Program-made: the position numbers and the translations under genes
Part shown: piece by piece, positions 63,034-64,000 of the stretch
Layout: every line of letters begins with the position of its first letter
How positions within the stretch are numbered: the first letter of the stretch is position 1
Assembly (NCBI GenBank): GCA_963755125.1
Contig: CAVWIP010000010.1
Location: 128,001 to 192,000, forward strand
Length of the DNA: 64,000 nt
DNA from: an uncultured delta proteobacterium
GTDB lineage: Bacteria; Myxococcota_A; Polyangia; Fen-1088
Reading direction: 5' to 3'
The notes under the pieces: model-generated
What the model was told of the DNA's origin: nothing
The model's database searches: none
What the model saw: only the letters and a program-made list of their open reading frames with translations

Positions 63034-63282
63034 CGTGCGGTTGCGATTCGGAGGGCGTTGCGCCGGCTGGTCCGCCGTAGGTTTCTGACGGCGTCCTGGA
63101 CTCTATTAGGCCGCCGCCGCATTGCGCTGTGTCTTGGTCGCTTGGTTCTCGCGGACGCGAAAGCCTTTCATGTGTCGGCCAGCCCACAAAATGAGCCCGA
63201 AATGAACGCCCCTGCTACTGGAAGGGTCAGGCGGCGCGAGGACGCAGGCTGAAGTCCCGGCTTGGATCTGAGAGGAGTCACC

Positions 63283-64000
63283 ATGGAACGACACTTCAAA
63301 TCTCAGCGGCACTGCGGTTGGTTGAGGAACGGCCTGGACCTGCGCGCGCTCGGTTCGGTTCTGCTGATTGCTCTTCTGGCTGGCTGTTCTTCCACGAGTT
63401 CGCCGGACGCATCAGCAGGCGGCCGGGGTGGTGCAAGCAGCAGCACGATTGCAGGCGGCGGACAGACGATAGCCGGCGGTGCCACGAGCGCCACAGGTGG
63501 TTCGAGCGTTGGAACGACCGCCAGCAGTGGCGGAATCACGAGCGCCGGGGGCGTAACTGGCGGCACGACCAGCAGCAGCGGTAGCATGGCCAGCAGCGGC
63601 GGCACAACGACCAGCAGCAGCGGCGGCACGACCAGCAGGGGAGGCATCACGGCCGGCGGCACGACCAGCGGGGCCGGCACGCCGACCAGCGGCAGCCTCA
63701 CAGCCGGCGGCACGACCGCCCGTGGTGGGACTGCCAGCACGGGTGGCGCGTCCAGCACCGGAGGAACCGCCAGCACGGGCCGACCCGACGCTGGCGCGGA
63801 CGCGGCACAGGACGTCGCCACGCCCGATGTGGGCGCTGGTGGGGCCGGGGGAGTTGGAGGAACGGGCGGAAATGGGGGCAGCGTGGCCGGTGGTGGCAGC
63901 GACCCATCGGACTTCCACTGCATGAACTGGGCCGACAACCGGGACAACTTCAACACCGGACACCTCCTGCTCTCTGGCATGACCTCGGACACGGACACCT
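63283..64000 (+). CDS. Lipoprotein with Gly/Thr/Ser linker leading into a probable glycoside hydrolase domain (runs off window; absent from ORF track)
   Basis: GAGGAG RBS, ATG 63283, lipobox LLAGC, open to the end; MNWADNRDNF resembles the start of GH5-like domains. Confidence 0.72.
   Translation, partial: MERHFKSQRHCGWLRNGLDLRALGSVLLIALLAGCSSTSSPDASAGGRGGASSSTIAGGGQTIAGGATSATGGSSVGTTASSGGITSAGGVTGGTTSSSGSMASSGGTTTSSSGGTTSRGGITAGGTTSGAGTPTSGSLTAGGTTARGGTASTGGASSTGGTASTGRPDAGADAAQDVATPDVGAGGAGGVGGTGGNGGSVAGGGSDPSDFHCMNWADNRDNFNTGHLLLSGMTSDTDT

Noticed and set aside
63150..63200. GGACGCGAAAGCC resembling part of a c-di-GMP-I riboswitch
   Set aside because: The upstream GGCAAA/GNRA stem is missing

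Overview
High-GC bacterial window, most likely from a myxobacterium (Myxococcota, Polyangia-like), judged from a MYXO-CTERM-type tail and many Gly/Thr-rich lipoproteins. In order it contains: a partial pgm; an envelope-remodelling run (L,D-transpeptidase-like lipoprotein, rhomboid, Cys-His-Asp protein); a type IV minor-pilin cluster ending in an extended PilX; groES-groEL with a CIRCE-like operator; panC, panB, a deoxynucleoside kinase, a TPR protein and an RNB ribonuclease; a nucleotide-sugar cluster interrupted by ppnP; and a SnoaL/Rieske/glutaredoxin/ferredoxin:thioredoxin reductase/Rieske cluster. A ~6 kb patchwork island follows (chimeric hdrA/metV remnant, vapB plus truncated vapC, HNH remnant, and a transglycosylase-domain gene split by a complete IS21 with a 6-bp TSD). 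Next is a 14-kb operon joining split glutamate-synthase modules to HdrABC, two MvhD, MetV and a catalytically degenerate MetF. Then comes a three-gene system behind two sigma54-type motifs: a lipoprotein with about nine Tyr-x-x-x-(Met)-Pro repeats (frameshifted at a G7 run), a radical SAM/SPASM enzyme and a TPR protein. The window ends with an ABC-2 exporter, aceE-aceF, a DUF3443/DUF2844 pair, a GT-C-like protein and two surface glycan-active proteins. The best candidates for undescribed biology are the rSAM/SPASM-repeat-lipoprotein system (47.6-50.2 kb) and the Hdr-glutamate synthase-pseudo-MetF operon (33.1-47.2 kb). All family assignments come from motif recognition by eye; no searches were run.
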